Of a stretch of DNA of 64,000 nucleotides, positions 52,734 to 64,000 are shown in pieces; within the stretch, counting starts at the first letter, position 1; every line of letters begins with the position of its first letter. The stretch is taken from positions 2,178,778 through 2,242,777 of the forward strand of contig CAJINV010000010.1 of NCBI GenBank assembly GCA_905178155.1, given 5' to 3'. The notes below the pieces were generated by a model, which was given only the letters and a program-made list of their open reading frames with translations, was not told where the DNA came from and ran no database searches. The position numbers and the translations under genes are program-made. This DNA comes from Amoebophrya sp. A120. Its lineage: Eukaryota; Protista; Dinoflagellata.

Positions 52734-53367
52734 CCGAGTGAAGTTCGTTGTACTTAGTTGGTACTTTGCTTGTTCACCTGAAGAAAAGTTGTAGTGTCCA
52801 CAACTGGGATATTCTACCCGGCAGAGGGACACGAAAAAAAGGTTGGGAACTGTTGTTGCCTGTTGGGATTTGACCACGAGACGAGATGATGTAGCTCTTC
52901 TTCGACAAATCACATAATTAAAGGAAATCGATGTTACTGTGTCTGTTTCAGATACTCCTACCATGTAACGACAACGAGTACGAGGAGGAGGCGGATTATA
53001 ACAGGCGTGGAAAATGAAAGTCAAATCTTGAAATCCGTCCAAGATGGATTACACAGACTAAAATACTGGGGTGATCGTGATCACGAGCGAGCAGTAGAAA
53101 TACAGACGATCCCGATGGGGACGACGAGTTGAGAGCTGTCTTTGCTTGGAACGAGAACGAAACCCACATGCACGAGGATAGTACTTTGCTTTTTTCTCAA
53201 CGGTACGGCAACGCCGGGACATTCCACGATCATACATGCAACAAGTCCACGGCCCAAACGTGAACTTCTTAAGTTGTAAACAAAACATACGAATTCGAAT
53301 TCTGGTGTCGCGCATTACTCAAGTACACGAAGGGCTGCCATCACTTCAGGTGAGGAGCAGTTATCGG

Positions 53368-53516
53368 TATCCTGTGCAAAAGTATCGCACTCGTAGTAAT
53401 CGCAAACATGCATTACAAATCTTGCTCTTAAGGCAAAACTGCATTACAAATTTTATTTCTCATGCTGAGGAAATTTGTTATGCATTTATACGACTACGAT
53501 ACTTTTGCAGTTCATA
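53368..53516. mobile_element. TIR element, family A (host exon context unresolved)
   Basis: Family A TIRs; DR ATCGG. Confidence 0.9.
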
Positions 53517-53968
53517 ATCGGACCATACGAAGAATTGTTCTGGACGTCGACGAGCTGTTCCAGACTATTGGCAGAGATGACACAACGTAGACGAGAACAA
53601 GAGAGAGCATGAGTAACGGGAACGGTGGATCAACATTACAAGCTGTGTATTAAGAATCACGTTCTTGAGGTCCTCGGGGTGGATCCTGCTCTTGCTCTTC
53701 TAGATAGTTGCTCTGATTTCAATAAAAGTGTTAATGCGACCGCACCGCAGTAGACTAAAGTCGAATACAGTTATTTCAAATGTTTTATCATGCACGATGA
53801 CCATCTGGTGCTTCTGGTTCGGGTTCTTTTCTATTTCATTCGTACTGCGAGATTGAGGGTTTTCTATCTTCGTCATGATCTTCATGTTCATTATGCGGAC
53901 AGATAATACACAACATATCGTCACTGTGAAAAATCCACGGCAAGGGCAACAACAAGGCAATGATAAAT

Positions 53969-56900
53969 CTATTCTTCCGCCAGTCCCACCTCGGGCTCCG
54001 GGTGATCCGGCAGCTCCCTGCGCATCAGCTCATTAGTATCCACTGCAAACATGATCTTCATGCCTGGGTCTGCAATAATTCTACTACGAAGTGGAGCCTG
54101 TATTGCTTGCCTTGCACTCTCCCTGTGGGACATGATGAGTATTTCGCATGACCGGCAAAAGCGCAGCCCCCGTTCTTGAGGTCCTGTTGCTGTCCGCTAC
54201 GCATGAGAAAATGTTCTCTCCGCTATTGATGCGATGCCTAGATGCACACGCTCTTCGAAGTGGTTTTCTTTTTTCCGTCATTCACAAAAATTAAATCTCG
54301 GTACACATTTTCCGCATGACAAAGAACACAAAAGAATTTATTCCAGACCCAGAGATGAAGGCACGGTCACTTGCAGTTCAGTACTCAGCCGGCTTTTTCG
54401 ATTTGTAGGCCTGGTAAAGCGTCCGCGCCGCTTCCACTGCTGCACGCTGTACAATTGTTTTCGTGCAAAAATGGGTCAGCATCTGACCTACACCGCGAGG
54501 CAGAAAAAGGTCTTTGGCTGTGACGGAGATGTGGTGGAAGTTGTGTTCTTTCTCCCCCTCGTCATCTGCAACACCAGAAAACGTTCCTTCTTCCACCCTT
54601 CTAGTTCCGCCGGACATTTTGACCTTCGCTCTCCCGCGAACATTCGAGTTCGAGTTGTACCGCTTTTCATACAGCAGTAGCAATTCCCACACTTTGCGCA
54701 TTTCCTTCTGCTGCAATAAGGCCCGGCTTTTCATTTTCCTCACCTATGAGAGTGCACTAGTCCTTCCCCTCGTTCTCATTTCTCATGCTAAATCGCAATT
54801 CCAGTTCCATGTTCCCTGGTCCTGGTGTCACTATTATGCATTAGCCCTACAAATTCTGCAAGCCAAAACAGTACCAGTTGTACTACACTCAGCGCAGGAA
54901 CTTGTCATGCAATGGCGCCACGTGTGCCGGTGTTTGTATTGCTGCTCATGCAAGACAAATGAGGGGGAGGGGGAGTTGTGTACACTCATATCACCTTCCG
55001 CTCAAACAGCAGCGGCCGGAGCAGCTGCCAAATGTAGTGCCGCGCCTCCTCCCGCTTTCGGAAGGCGGAAAAGTCAAAGGTGGCTGCCCCACGACCTCCG
55101 TCGTGATCTTTGACCCCTTTTGAAGACGAAGATGACGGACCGTCTTGCTGTAGTTCTGAGGCAAACATTTCTCGCACTTCTTGGAACAGCGGCAGAGGAC
55201 CCCGTAAATTCTCCCGGGAGATTGCGATCGTGTACGGGTATTCGGCGGTCGGGGCCGGGGGGACTTCAAAGATCGCCGCGAGGTCCGTGGTTGTACTAGT
55301 ACCCGCTTGCCTTTTTTCATCTGCCTGTTCGTTTTCGACGTGTTCGTCGTCGTCGGCCATGTTGATATCAGCAGTTCTATCGTCGTGTTGTTCATCACCT
55401 TCGCTGCCAACGCGGCTTTCAGCAGTACAACTTCCACGACGCTCTGGAGGGGAAGACAAAATAGGCGACTTGAAGGGATTCAAGTGTAGGTTCGCGAAGT
55501 CGGTAACCAAGGACGCGACGCTGGTACTGGCCATAGAAAGCGGCGGTCCGCCGCCGTCCATTTGCGAACCCGGTTTGCTCTCATGCTCTGTGCCGTCCGG
55601 CACAGCTGCGGCGGGTTTATGCGAAGATTTTTCCCCGCCTTTCTTCGTCCTTGATGTCGTCCCCCCAACGCCAACCATCCACCTCGCAGGGGAACGATAA
55701 ACTCTCCGAATCTGCACTGCAGTACCGGCTGGGGCGCAGTAGGTACCGAGCAAACGTCGCTGAGTCGGAGTTGTAGTTCCAGCATTACCTAGTCCTTGTT
55801 GTCCTTCTTTGAAGCACTTCTTTTTCTTCAAAATCACCCAGTCGCCCTCCCTCGGGTTGCGCATCAACCGCATCAAGTGATGCTGCAAGTGCACTTCGAA
55901 AAACCGCCAGACTGCGTCTTTCCGAAACGAATCGTGAAAAAAATCCACTTCGGCTTTTTGTCTTTCTCGATCGGCTTTTTTACTATTGCCATTGCCCCCT
56001 CCAGGTGGTGGCGGTGGTGCTCCTGGTCCAGGTCCTGGTCTTGCTTGTCCTGTTCCCTTTCCACTTTTCCCTTTCTCGCCAGCAATGGAATTTCCATAAA
56101 CCTTCTGAAAGTCCTGATCTCCAAACGCTTTGAATTCCGGCCGCCGCTCGATCTTCACCGTGCCCCAACGGATCACCTTTTGCTGGTGGTTGTTCGGGTC
56201 GTATTCTAGCTTGGACAGTATGGAGCTCTCAAGCGACGTTAGCTGCTTCTCAACTGGTTTTACGTGAATTTCTAATGCAAAAATAGCAAAATTGGTCACG
56301 GGTATTTTCATTTTTTTCTTTTTGCGCCTTATCTTGCATTTGCAACAAGGTCAGGGCACGGGGGCGGGGGCCCCCGTGCAGCGACCTTCCCACCCTTTGC
56401 AGGACGTGGCGCACGTAGATACGTGGACAGCACGCCAGAAATTTCGAAGCTTTGCGCTATACTGAAAGCAAGAGGCCGGTCGCAGAGTCCCCGCGCCGAC
56501 CTAGGGCGTTTGCGCCTGGGCCGTACGGCTCCCGGGAATCGCTTCCATCCAGCTGGCCCCTAGGTCATGACGCGGGGACAGAGTCCCCGCGCTGACTTAG
56601 GGCTTTTGCCCCGGGGCCGTGTTCGGGAAGGGGAAGCGCTTGCAGCTGGCCCCTAGGTCATGGCGCGGGGACAGAGTCCCCGCGCTGACCTAGGGCTTTT
56701 GCCCCTGGGCCGCACGCTCGCAATCCGGGAAGCGCTGAAAGCTAGCCCCTAGGTCATGGCGCGGGGACAGAGTCCCCGCGCTGACCTGGGGCTTTTACCC
56801 CTGGGCCATGCGGTGTCCGGGCCGGGCCCGCGACTAGGTAGCCTCTCCGTCATGTGATGACGCTCGTTGGGACAGGGTCTCCCCGTTTGCCTAGGGGTTT

Positions 56901-59900
56901 TGCGCCCGGGCCATGGGGTGTTCCATCCGGGATGCAGGCGCCCAAAGCTCGCCCCCCGGTCATGGCGCGGGCGCAGAGTCCTCGCGTTGGCCTTGGGCAC
57001 TTGCCCGGCCGGCCGTGGGCCGTGCCAGCCTGCGGTGCCCGGGAGGCGCTCTCAAATGTTTGGAGGTGGCGCCACCGCGGGGGCCCATGCCCACACGGGG
57101 GCGGGGCCGCCTATGGGGGTTCGGGAGGTCCGCCTCCTGGAATGTTTGCGCGCCCATCGCTCTCTGTGCCTGCGCGTTATCGCCAAGCGGGCCCACTGTT
57201 GTGCTTGGTCTGGAATAAAAGCCGAGGCGCCCGGCGTTCTTGGTCTGGGTGGTGGCAAGTATGCAGAGAATAAAAGGAGCCCCCTGTGGCCCTTCGCCTC
57301 CGTGTTATTTATGTGCTATCTCTGCAGAAAAGCGCAGGGCCCATAGATACACGCCCATCTTTCTCAGTCGGGCGCGCGCTTGTTTTGTCGGCGCAGAAAA
57401 GGCACCCGCGTGGGGCTTGGTAGATCGGCGCGCCCGGAATGTCTACGCACGCGAAAACCAACAGCAAACTAACACATCCCAAGGCGCGGCGAGTGGGTTC
57501 GCGGGGTCCACCCCCCCGAGTGGGCCTGCTTACCTGTGTTGACACTCGCTGGCCATGCCATTCGGAGTCGCGCCCGAACGCGCCCAGGATCTGTTCGGGG
57601 ACGATGTGCCCGGCTTTTATTTTCCCGAGGTGTGTTCGGGAGTGTGCCCCGGGGTTTGCCTGGGGTGTGTCGGGTGTTTGTGTGTGTGTGTGTGTGTCGG
57701 GGGTGTGGGCCGGGGGTGTGTCTGGGGTATGTCGGGGGTGTTTCTGGGGTGTGTCTGGGGTGCGTCTGGGGTGTGTGTGGGGTGTGTTCGGGGTGTGGGC
57801 TGCAAATTGCAAATCACGATGCTACGCAGTCACTTTGCATACCTCAGAACACACCCCAAAGCTTCAGCAGTTCTTGTCGGGGGGTGTGTGTCTGGGGTGT
57901 GTCGGGGGTGTGTCTGGGGTATGTTTTGGGGTGTGGCCTGCAAATTACGAATCCCGATGCTATGCAGCCACTTTGCATACCCCAGAACATACCCCAAAGC
58001 TTCAAAAGTTCTGGCTTGCTGCAGTCTAAATAGTAATTACAAAAGTTTACAAAAGTGCAAACGGATTTCCATGCTATTCACCCCTTGGAGAATTTGTTAT
58101 GCGAGCCAACTGCGTTGTATGGACGCTGATCCTGGTAATTTTGCATGGCAGATCATGCAACACAACTTCTGAGAATGTAACGTCTGAGAGTCCCATAGAA
58201 AGAACCTTCTCCCTGTAAACTTCGACCACAAGGTTCACGTACCGGATATGCATTGCAAAAGTATCGCTTCGCACACGCACACTGACTTCTCGGTAGTATA
58301 ATTTGCGTGACAAGGTCGACAAAATATGAATGTGAAATTTCAATTTGTCATGCGGACTGAGGGAGAAAACTATATCTGTCATGCATACTTGCATTCAGTG
58401 CAGTCTTGCTTTTAACAATACTTTTCCACATGATACCGGACCAGTTCCAGCATATCCAAGCCCTGGCTCGGCAGCCGGCACTGCGCGACCACGCCCGTGG
58501 TTGCGGCTTCGAATAGGGGCTGTAAGTCTTTCAATTCTTTCAAATCATCCGCCATGGTGCGGAAGGAAGGCGACCCAGCAGCCGGTGGTGCTGGTGCTCC
58601 TGCAGTTGTTTCGGACGTGTTATGCATTGCAAAAGTATTGTACTCGTATAAATGCATTAAAAATTTCCTCACCATGAGGAATAAAATTTGTAATGCGTAT
58701 TCTACTTAACAAAAAGATTTGTAATGCATGACTGCAATACGAATACGATACTTTTGCACAGGATACGTGTCGTGTGGCGCCAAATTTTCCGCCTTCCGCT
58801 CGGGGCGGGTGGAGGTGGTAAAAAGGGGAAACGCGAGAATTTCCTATACATGGCAAATATGTCTGGGCGGTCTAGAAGGTTGCAACTTGTCATGCTAAGT
58901 CTGGATTGTGAAAAAATCTGTGTTGCATGGCTACCAAAATCTGTCTACTTTTGACCAATTCGCGAGGAAGTTTCTCATGCGGGCTAGGCATGAGAAAGAT
59001 CTCGCAGGATCTGTCATGTTATGTCCTGCACGCCAGACCTCATGGGTCATGGGAAACCTGCATGACAAGTCTCCCAATCTTCCAGACCCAGACATAGTTG
59101 CATTCCATATTTCCGAAATCTTTACTATGTCCCGTCCAAGTGCCTGCAGAGGCGAGCGGGATGAAGAAGATGATGTCGTCCCCTGCTGATGATCCGCATC
59201 CGCTTGTTGATGTACTACTGCTCCCGAAGGAGCAGGAGGTGCAGGTTCCGTGAGCACTTCGAAGTTGTATCCCACATGCCCCTGCAGGACAAAGGCCCAG
59301 ATCTGCAGCTTACTCGTGGATTGCAGCAGCTTCAGCAGTTTGGTTGCGTCTTCCGGCGCGGAGAGAGTAAGCTCCTTCGCGCCGGGGGGGCGCGGCTCTC
59401 GTCCGGGTCGTGGTTCTAGAATGGATGATGCTTCTGGTCTATGAAATGCAAAAATGTCTGGGTCTTGATGCTAAAATGCGCATGATGAAAACACTTCCGA
59501 ATGCAGTCCGGCATGACAACTTCCCAAAACGCTTTCTCATAGGCAATCCGCATGAGAAACTCCGTTTTTGCATGACAAAAGAGGCTGCGACTTTTGTTCG
59601 TTACGCAATACAGATTTTCTAGGTATGGAGAGCTAGCATTACAAGTCCCAACCTTCCAGACCCAGACATTTTTACAATCCATATGGTCTGTCCCTTCGAA
59701 TTTCGTTTTCCCGCCAGGTTTCCAGCACGTCCGGGAGCAGAAGTTGGATGAAAAAAAGAAGAAATGTGGAAATGAGAAATCCCCCCTTCCGCAAATTCGA
59801 GACACGAGATACAGTGTACACAAATCAGCTCTGTACCGCAGGAAGAGCTCGTAGGCACCATCCTGTCGGCTTCTACTACAACCTGATAGATTGGGTACAA

Positions 59901-62900
59901 CAGTGCAAGAACCGGCTATAATTATACCAATGGAGCATCACAAACATTTTCGACATCATGGGCGCAGACAAAACACACGACAGATTGGTTCTACAATGCG
60001 CCAAAACATGGCTCCCCTGAATATTTTTTCCCCGGTCCTCTGCAACACCGAGCCGACAGTTGTGGCCACAAGTCAACAGAATCACACGTTTTTTCCCTTT
60101 TGAGAATGGCAATGGGGAGAAGGGATCATTTTTCCGCACAATAAAAGTTTTCCCGTCCTCGTACTTGCCCGTCGTGCCTGTGGCGTGCTGTCTTTGCTCA
60201 GAAAGAACCTGGTTGATGTTCTTGTTTGTTCTCCCGTATCAAATGTAAAAATGTCTGGGTCTGGAAAAATGCATGTTTGTCATGCTTGTCTGGCATGACT
60301 CTTAAATCTGTCACGCACGTTACCCAAGAGCTCCATTTTTCTGTGATGCAGGAACGCAGTTTGTCATGCATAATAGGCAACAGCTAGAAGCTCAGAAACT
60401 TGTCATGCTGAGCCAGCATTTGTGGCCTCATCATGAGACGCCACCCAGCATCACAAGTTTCCAGACCCAGACACTTTTGCATTTGATATCCCGTCAGTCA
60501 CAACCAAATGCCGCGGGACGAGCGCTATGTCGGACGGCCAATTTTCCATTTTCGGGAGCGCGGTCAAAACGGCGAGGTTGTTTTGCTGCGTTCGAATCTT
60601 CGTCGACCGCCACTTACTCACGATCTGCTCCAAATAACCAAGTTGTGTTCTTCTACTTGCACGTGCTGGTTCTCCTTGGAACGATCCTGAATCATCGACC
60701 GACATCGAGGGGACATCGACAAACCGCAGTTTCAAAAATTCCGCACACTTTTCGGTCAAAACTCTATGCAGCCAAGCAGTATCCGCTTTCACGTACAGTC
60801 TCTTCTGGGCCTCCAAGAAAGAACCCAGGACGTAAAGCTCCGGGTTCTGGTCGTGGATTTCTCGTGCGAGACTTCTGATCTGCTCGCCCACCCCCGGCGT
60901 GACAAACCTTGTCATCACGGCCCGCGTCAGACTGTCGACCACGTCGCTCGGACCACCGTAGGGGTGCGGGTAATCCTCGGCTTTGACAATGATCTTCGGA
61001 AGTTCAAGTTCATCTGGAAGGTCGAGGTTTGTCTCCTTACTGGGAAAAGAGGACGACGAAACGGGTTCAGATGTTGCACTTGCAGAACTTCCCTCCGCTG
61101 ATTTTTCTTGTGAAGGCCGTGATGCCCTCGCTTCAACAGGCATGCGCGGGGGAGGTTCGGGGTCGAAGCTACGTTGCTCTCCCGTGTGCGTGTCGTTTCT
61201 TCTTTCGTTTTGTTCTGTGGGAGAGTGAGCAACGGTGTCCTCAGTCCTTTCTGCGGAATCACGAACGTCAACATGACCATCGTCTGACGCGCTCGTGCCA
61301 GTAGCCCCCGAGGCAGAATCATAAAACCAGCTTCCGAAAAAAGACCCGAAAGAACCCGATCGTGTATTTTTGTTCCCGATTTCGTGGGTCCTTTGTTCCA
61401 GCCCAGGATCTGCTTCCTTACTTTTTCCAAGCCCCGGCGTTGCACCGCGACGGCCCGTTTCATGTTTTTCCTCTTCCTTCAAAAGATTCAACTGTTCATG
61501 CGCGAGTAGGATTGGGTGGCACCCATTCCTAACTGTTTGCTCTTCCTGCCCGTCGGCCGCCCTTGCTCCTTCGCAAGTTTCGCGCAGCCACGATTTTTCT
61601 CCCAACCCCCGTTTAGTAGAACCTTTAGGACTTCTATCCCCGTTGTCCAGAACAACATTCTGCTCGCCGGTGTTTTGATGTTCCGCTTCCAAAATCGGCG
61701 CACCACGACGAGTATGGATTGCAAAAATGTCTGGGTCTGGAAAGAATGGAATTTGTGATGCTAACTCTCGATGATGCAAAAACCTGTATTGCATGAGCAG
61801 CAAACGGAACTCAGTTTTTTGCTATTCTGAGAAGGTATTTCTCATGCAGTATAGGAATGAGAAAGCCTTCACAAAACCTGTAATGCGAAAGCATGCATCA
61901 CCGACATCCCAGGTCGTGTAGAATTTGCATGACAAACTCCCCCAATCTTCCAGACCCAGACATTTTTACAGTTGATAACGAGCTTCTTCTTCTTCTTCTT
62001 TTCTCTTCGCGACATCCAAATGATACCCTCGGCAAAGTTTCTCTTCGCTCAGTTTCGCGTACAGCAGCCAGAGACTCGCCACGTCTTCCGCGATGGCAAA
62101 TTGGTCCAGGTTTTTCCCGTTCTCTGCCGGCACGTAGTCTTTCAGTTGCAACTGCTTCTCGGGAGAGGGGAAAATCTCATCTACGACAGAGTCTTGTTGC
62201 CCGGATTTCTTCAGATCGTCTTCGTTTGGTGCTGCTGTGGCTACAGTATCCGACATATCAAATGTAAAAGTGTCTGGGACTGGAAGAATGCAAGTTTGTC
62301 GCGCTTGTCTGGCATGACTCTTAAATCTGTCATGCACATTACCAAAGAGCCTCGCTTTTCTGTCATGCAGAAACGTAGTTTGTCATGCAGAATAGGCAAC
62401 ACCTAGAAGCTCAGAAACTTGTCATGCTGAGCCAGCAATTGTGGCCTCCTCATGATATGCCACACAGCATCACAAGTTTCCAGACCCAGACACTTTTACA
62501 TTTGATACGACACGGCTTTATGCAGCTCCGCGGCCTTTTGTAGAACGTACCGCCACTTGCGCAGGAAGTCGTCCTCGCCCGGTATCCAGAGGGAAAGTTG
62601 CCCCTCCCCATATCAAAAAGGCATGCTTCCGCAAATTTGTCTTGCTGATTTGAGACCACAAATCGCGTCTGTCTTGCAAGAAGACAAACGCAGAGGCTTC
62701 CGCGCCATTATGGAAGCGATTTGGCATGCTATTGGGCCTAGGGGAGAGCCGTTTGTAATGCTAAGCACCTAGACCCAAATGTCCCTCCGTAGGCTGCGGA
62801 TCAGGCTGCGACGCCGTCTTGCAAGACAGCGCGCATTTGTGTACACAAATCCTGCATCACAGATTTCCCATTTGATATGGGGTGGGGGCTTTTTTCATTT

Positions 62901-64000
62901 TGATGCCCGGTTTTCTTCCGCCACTGGATATCGTTCCGGTTGTGCTGCTACTAGGCTGGTCGTGTGCTCCTCCGTGGTGGTCGTGGTGGGTCGTCCCTCT
63001 CTGTCCCTCATCCTTTGCAAGTGGTTCCTCGTGTTTGTCACGACCCGCGACCGGAGTTTTGCGCCACGGAAAGGAAAACGCGAGCGGAGAAGCAGAACTT
63101 CTACTTTTTGATGGAACTTTATCAAGATTGGGATTTTTCACTTTTTTCGTGCTGCTCCTCGGAGAACCACGACCCGCATCTTCGGCAACGCCTCCGGTTG
63201 CATCAAAGTCAAGAACTTCTATCGGCACCAGGATTTGCTTCCACTCAGAACCCATGCGAGGACTAGTACCTATGTTGGCGGGGTGGTAGTCGAACACGGG
63301 TGCGTAATACTCCGGGAAGAAAAGCTCGAAAGTTGATGTTGATGTAGCTGGCTCACCACTAGAAGAAGTACCCACGTCGCTTTTGGTAGTCTCCTTGAAC
63401 ATGTTGATATGATCTCTATGCTGGTTTCCATTCTCCTGTTTTGATGTTCTCCCGCGGATCTCCGAACTTGATAATCTGCCCACTCTGGACCGCAGAAACT
63501 CTTCGGTCACGCGCTCGTGGTAGGATTTTTTACCTCTGGCGAAGAAGTAGACCGTTTCAGGTTGGTTCGCTGTCTCGCTACCGAGGACACCGGCTTCAGT
63601 TTTGGCGCGAGTGACATGTTGATCTGTGTCGTTTGCCAAAGTTGATGATGATGGTCGTGGTTCACTTGTTCCAGCACTAGAACTATGCTGTGGCTGCACA
63701 GCTGTAGGGTTCTTTTCTGTTCTCTCGTCTCTACCGTCTTCTGATATTCGATCCAATGTAATACTTCGGTCTGGCTCTATTTTTACTTCGTCTTCGCCCA
63801 CCACCACGCTCTCCGCGACTACTTCCTCACCGAGCAACTCGCCGATGGTGACAAAGGGAATCCCGGGCTCTTGACGTTCCTCCGTCAGCGTCATCGTGGA
63901 GAAGAACGCGTAAAAGTACGTCCCAAGGGGTTCAAACGGCACGCACTTCACATTTTGGATGTTTGCTGCGCTGGTTTGCCCGTAGTGGTTGTGTAGGTTG
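53969..64000 (-). CDS. Large multi-exon hypothetical protein(s); may extend past both limits given
   Basis: ORFs 62857-63951, 60451-61803, 54986-56311 and others join in frame after TIR removal (KPG|EDDF, AVS|DTV, EAR|RGAP, VLS|KLEYD, RKV|RKMK, PAE|ELMR); the 59.7-60.1 kb junctions are unresolved. Confidence 0.55.
54037..54383. mobile_element. Diverged family C-like TIR intron element
   Basis: TATCCACTGCAA..CTGGGTCTG / CAGACCCAG..TTGCAGTTCAGTA; flanks ATTAG/CTCAG; restores KKPAE|ELMRRE. Confidence 0.72.
54745..54990. mobile_element. TIR intron element, family F
   Basis: TATGAGAGTGCAC / GTGTACACTCATA; DR TCACC. Confidence 0.9.
56483..56810. repeat. Tandem array of ~93-96 bp units, each with a 45-nt hairpin
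   Basis: CCCTAGGTCATGGCGCGGGGAC-AGA-GTCCCCGCGCTGACCTAGGG-like hairpin at ~56558, 56651 and 56747, plus a half copy at ~56483. Confidence 0.88.
57655..57940. repeat. G/T-rich simple repeat (GGGGTGTGTCT-like and (GT)n) with a local ~130 bp duplication
   Basis: Direct reading; GCAAATYRC..ATC.CGATGCTA.GCAG.CACTTTGCATACC.CAGAACA.ACCCCAAAGCTTCA occurs at ~57800 and ~57940. Confidence 0.85.
58247..58435. mobile_element. TIR intron element, family A-like
   Basis: TATGCATTGCAAAAGTAT / ATACTTTTCCACATGATA; DR CCGGA. Confidence 0.85.
58621..58765. mobile_element. TIR intron element, family A
   Basis: Family A TIRs; DR CGTGT. Confidence 0.9.
58845..59109. mobile_element. TIR intron element, family C
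   Basis: Family C ends; DR TTTCC. Confidence 0.88.
59440..59683. mobile_element. TIR intron element, family C
   Basis: Family C ends; DR TGGTC. Confidence 0.88.
60237..60488. mobile_element. TIR intron element, family C 252 bp subfamily, opposite orientation to 29345/34565
   Basis: Reverse-complement body; DR TCCCG. Confidence 0.92.
61713..61977. mobile_element. TIR intron element, family C
   Basis: Family C ends; DR ACGAG. Confidence 0.9.
62256..62507. mobile_element. TIR intron element, family C 252 bp subfamily
   Basis: Nearly identical to 60237-60488; DR CGACA. Confidence 0.92.
62583..62905. mobile_element. TIR intron element, family D
   Basis: CCCCTCCCCATATC / GATATGGGGTGGGG; DR CCCGG. 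Confidence 0.88.

Larger units (their letters stand above)
56219..58197. mobile_element. Family G TIR intron element with a ~1.7 kb nested GC-rich insert
   Basis: TATGGAGCTCTCAAGCGACGTTA...TAACGTCTGAGAGTCCCATA; DR GACAG/GAAAG; removal gives EKVLS|KLEYDP. Confidence 0.82.

Noticed and set aside
56483-56810. Palindromic repeats with variable linkers resembling a CRISPR array
   Set aside because: Eukaryotic intron context, no cas genes, repeat too long, and the linkers are related to one another rather than unique spacers.
29208-62659. Recurrent peptide motifs in the ORF track (VWVWKLVM, YPVQKYRTR, CITNF)
   Set aside because: These are translations of the repeated TIR elements, not a protein family.

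Overview
Eukaryotic genomic DNA, not bacterial. Every host gene I can model lies on the minus strand and is heavily interrupted. The architecture matches what is known for the Syndiniales/dinoflagellate parasite Amoebophrya (unidirectional genes, non-canonical inverted-repeat introns); this taxon call is an inference. Recognisable genes are CDC48/p97 (5' part, runs off the left edge) and an MgtE-type Mg2+ transporter. There is also a ~18 kb coiled-coil gene, a small Cys-rich gene and several hypotheticals. Two systems stand out. (1) About 46 short terminal-inverted-repeat (TIR) elements, in at least 8 families, sit in or beside coding exons. Almost all start with TA and end with TA, and most are flanked by a 5-bp direct repeat. 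At every junction I translated, removing the element plus the downstream 5-mer restores the frame. This happens without GT-AG, in either orientation, and even with 0.8-2.2 kb of nested DNA inside, which points to structure-defined splicing. (2) An apparently intact 10.6 kb tyrosine-recombinase retrotransposon (42088-52733) has split direct repeats, a 5-bp TATAA crossover core and an unusual order: unknown ORF - YR - CCCH/gag-like - RT/RNaseH. Coordinates were counted by hand and may be off by a few nt.
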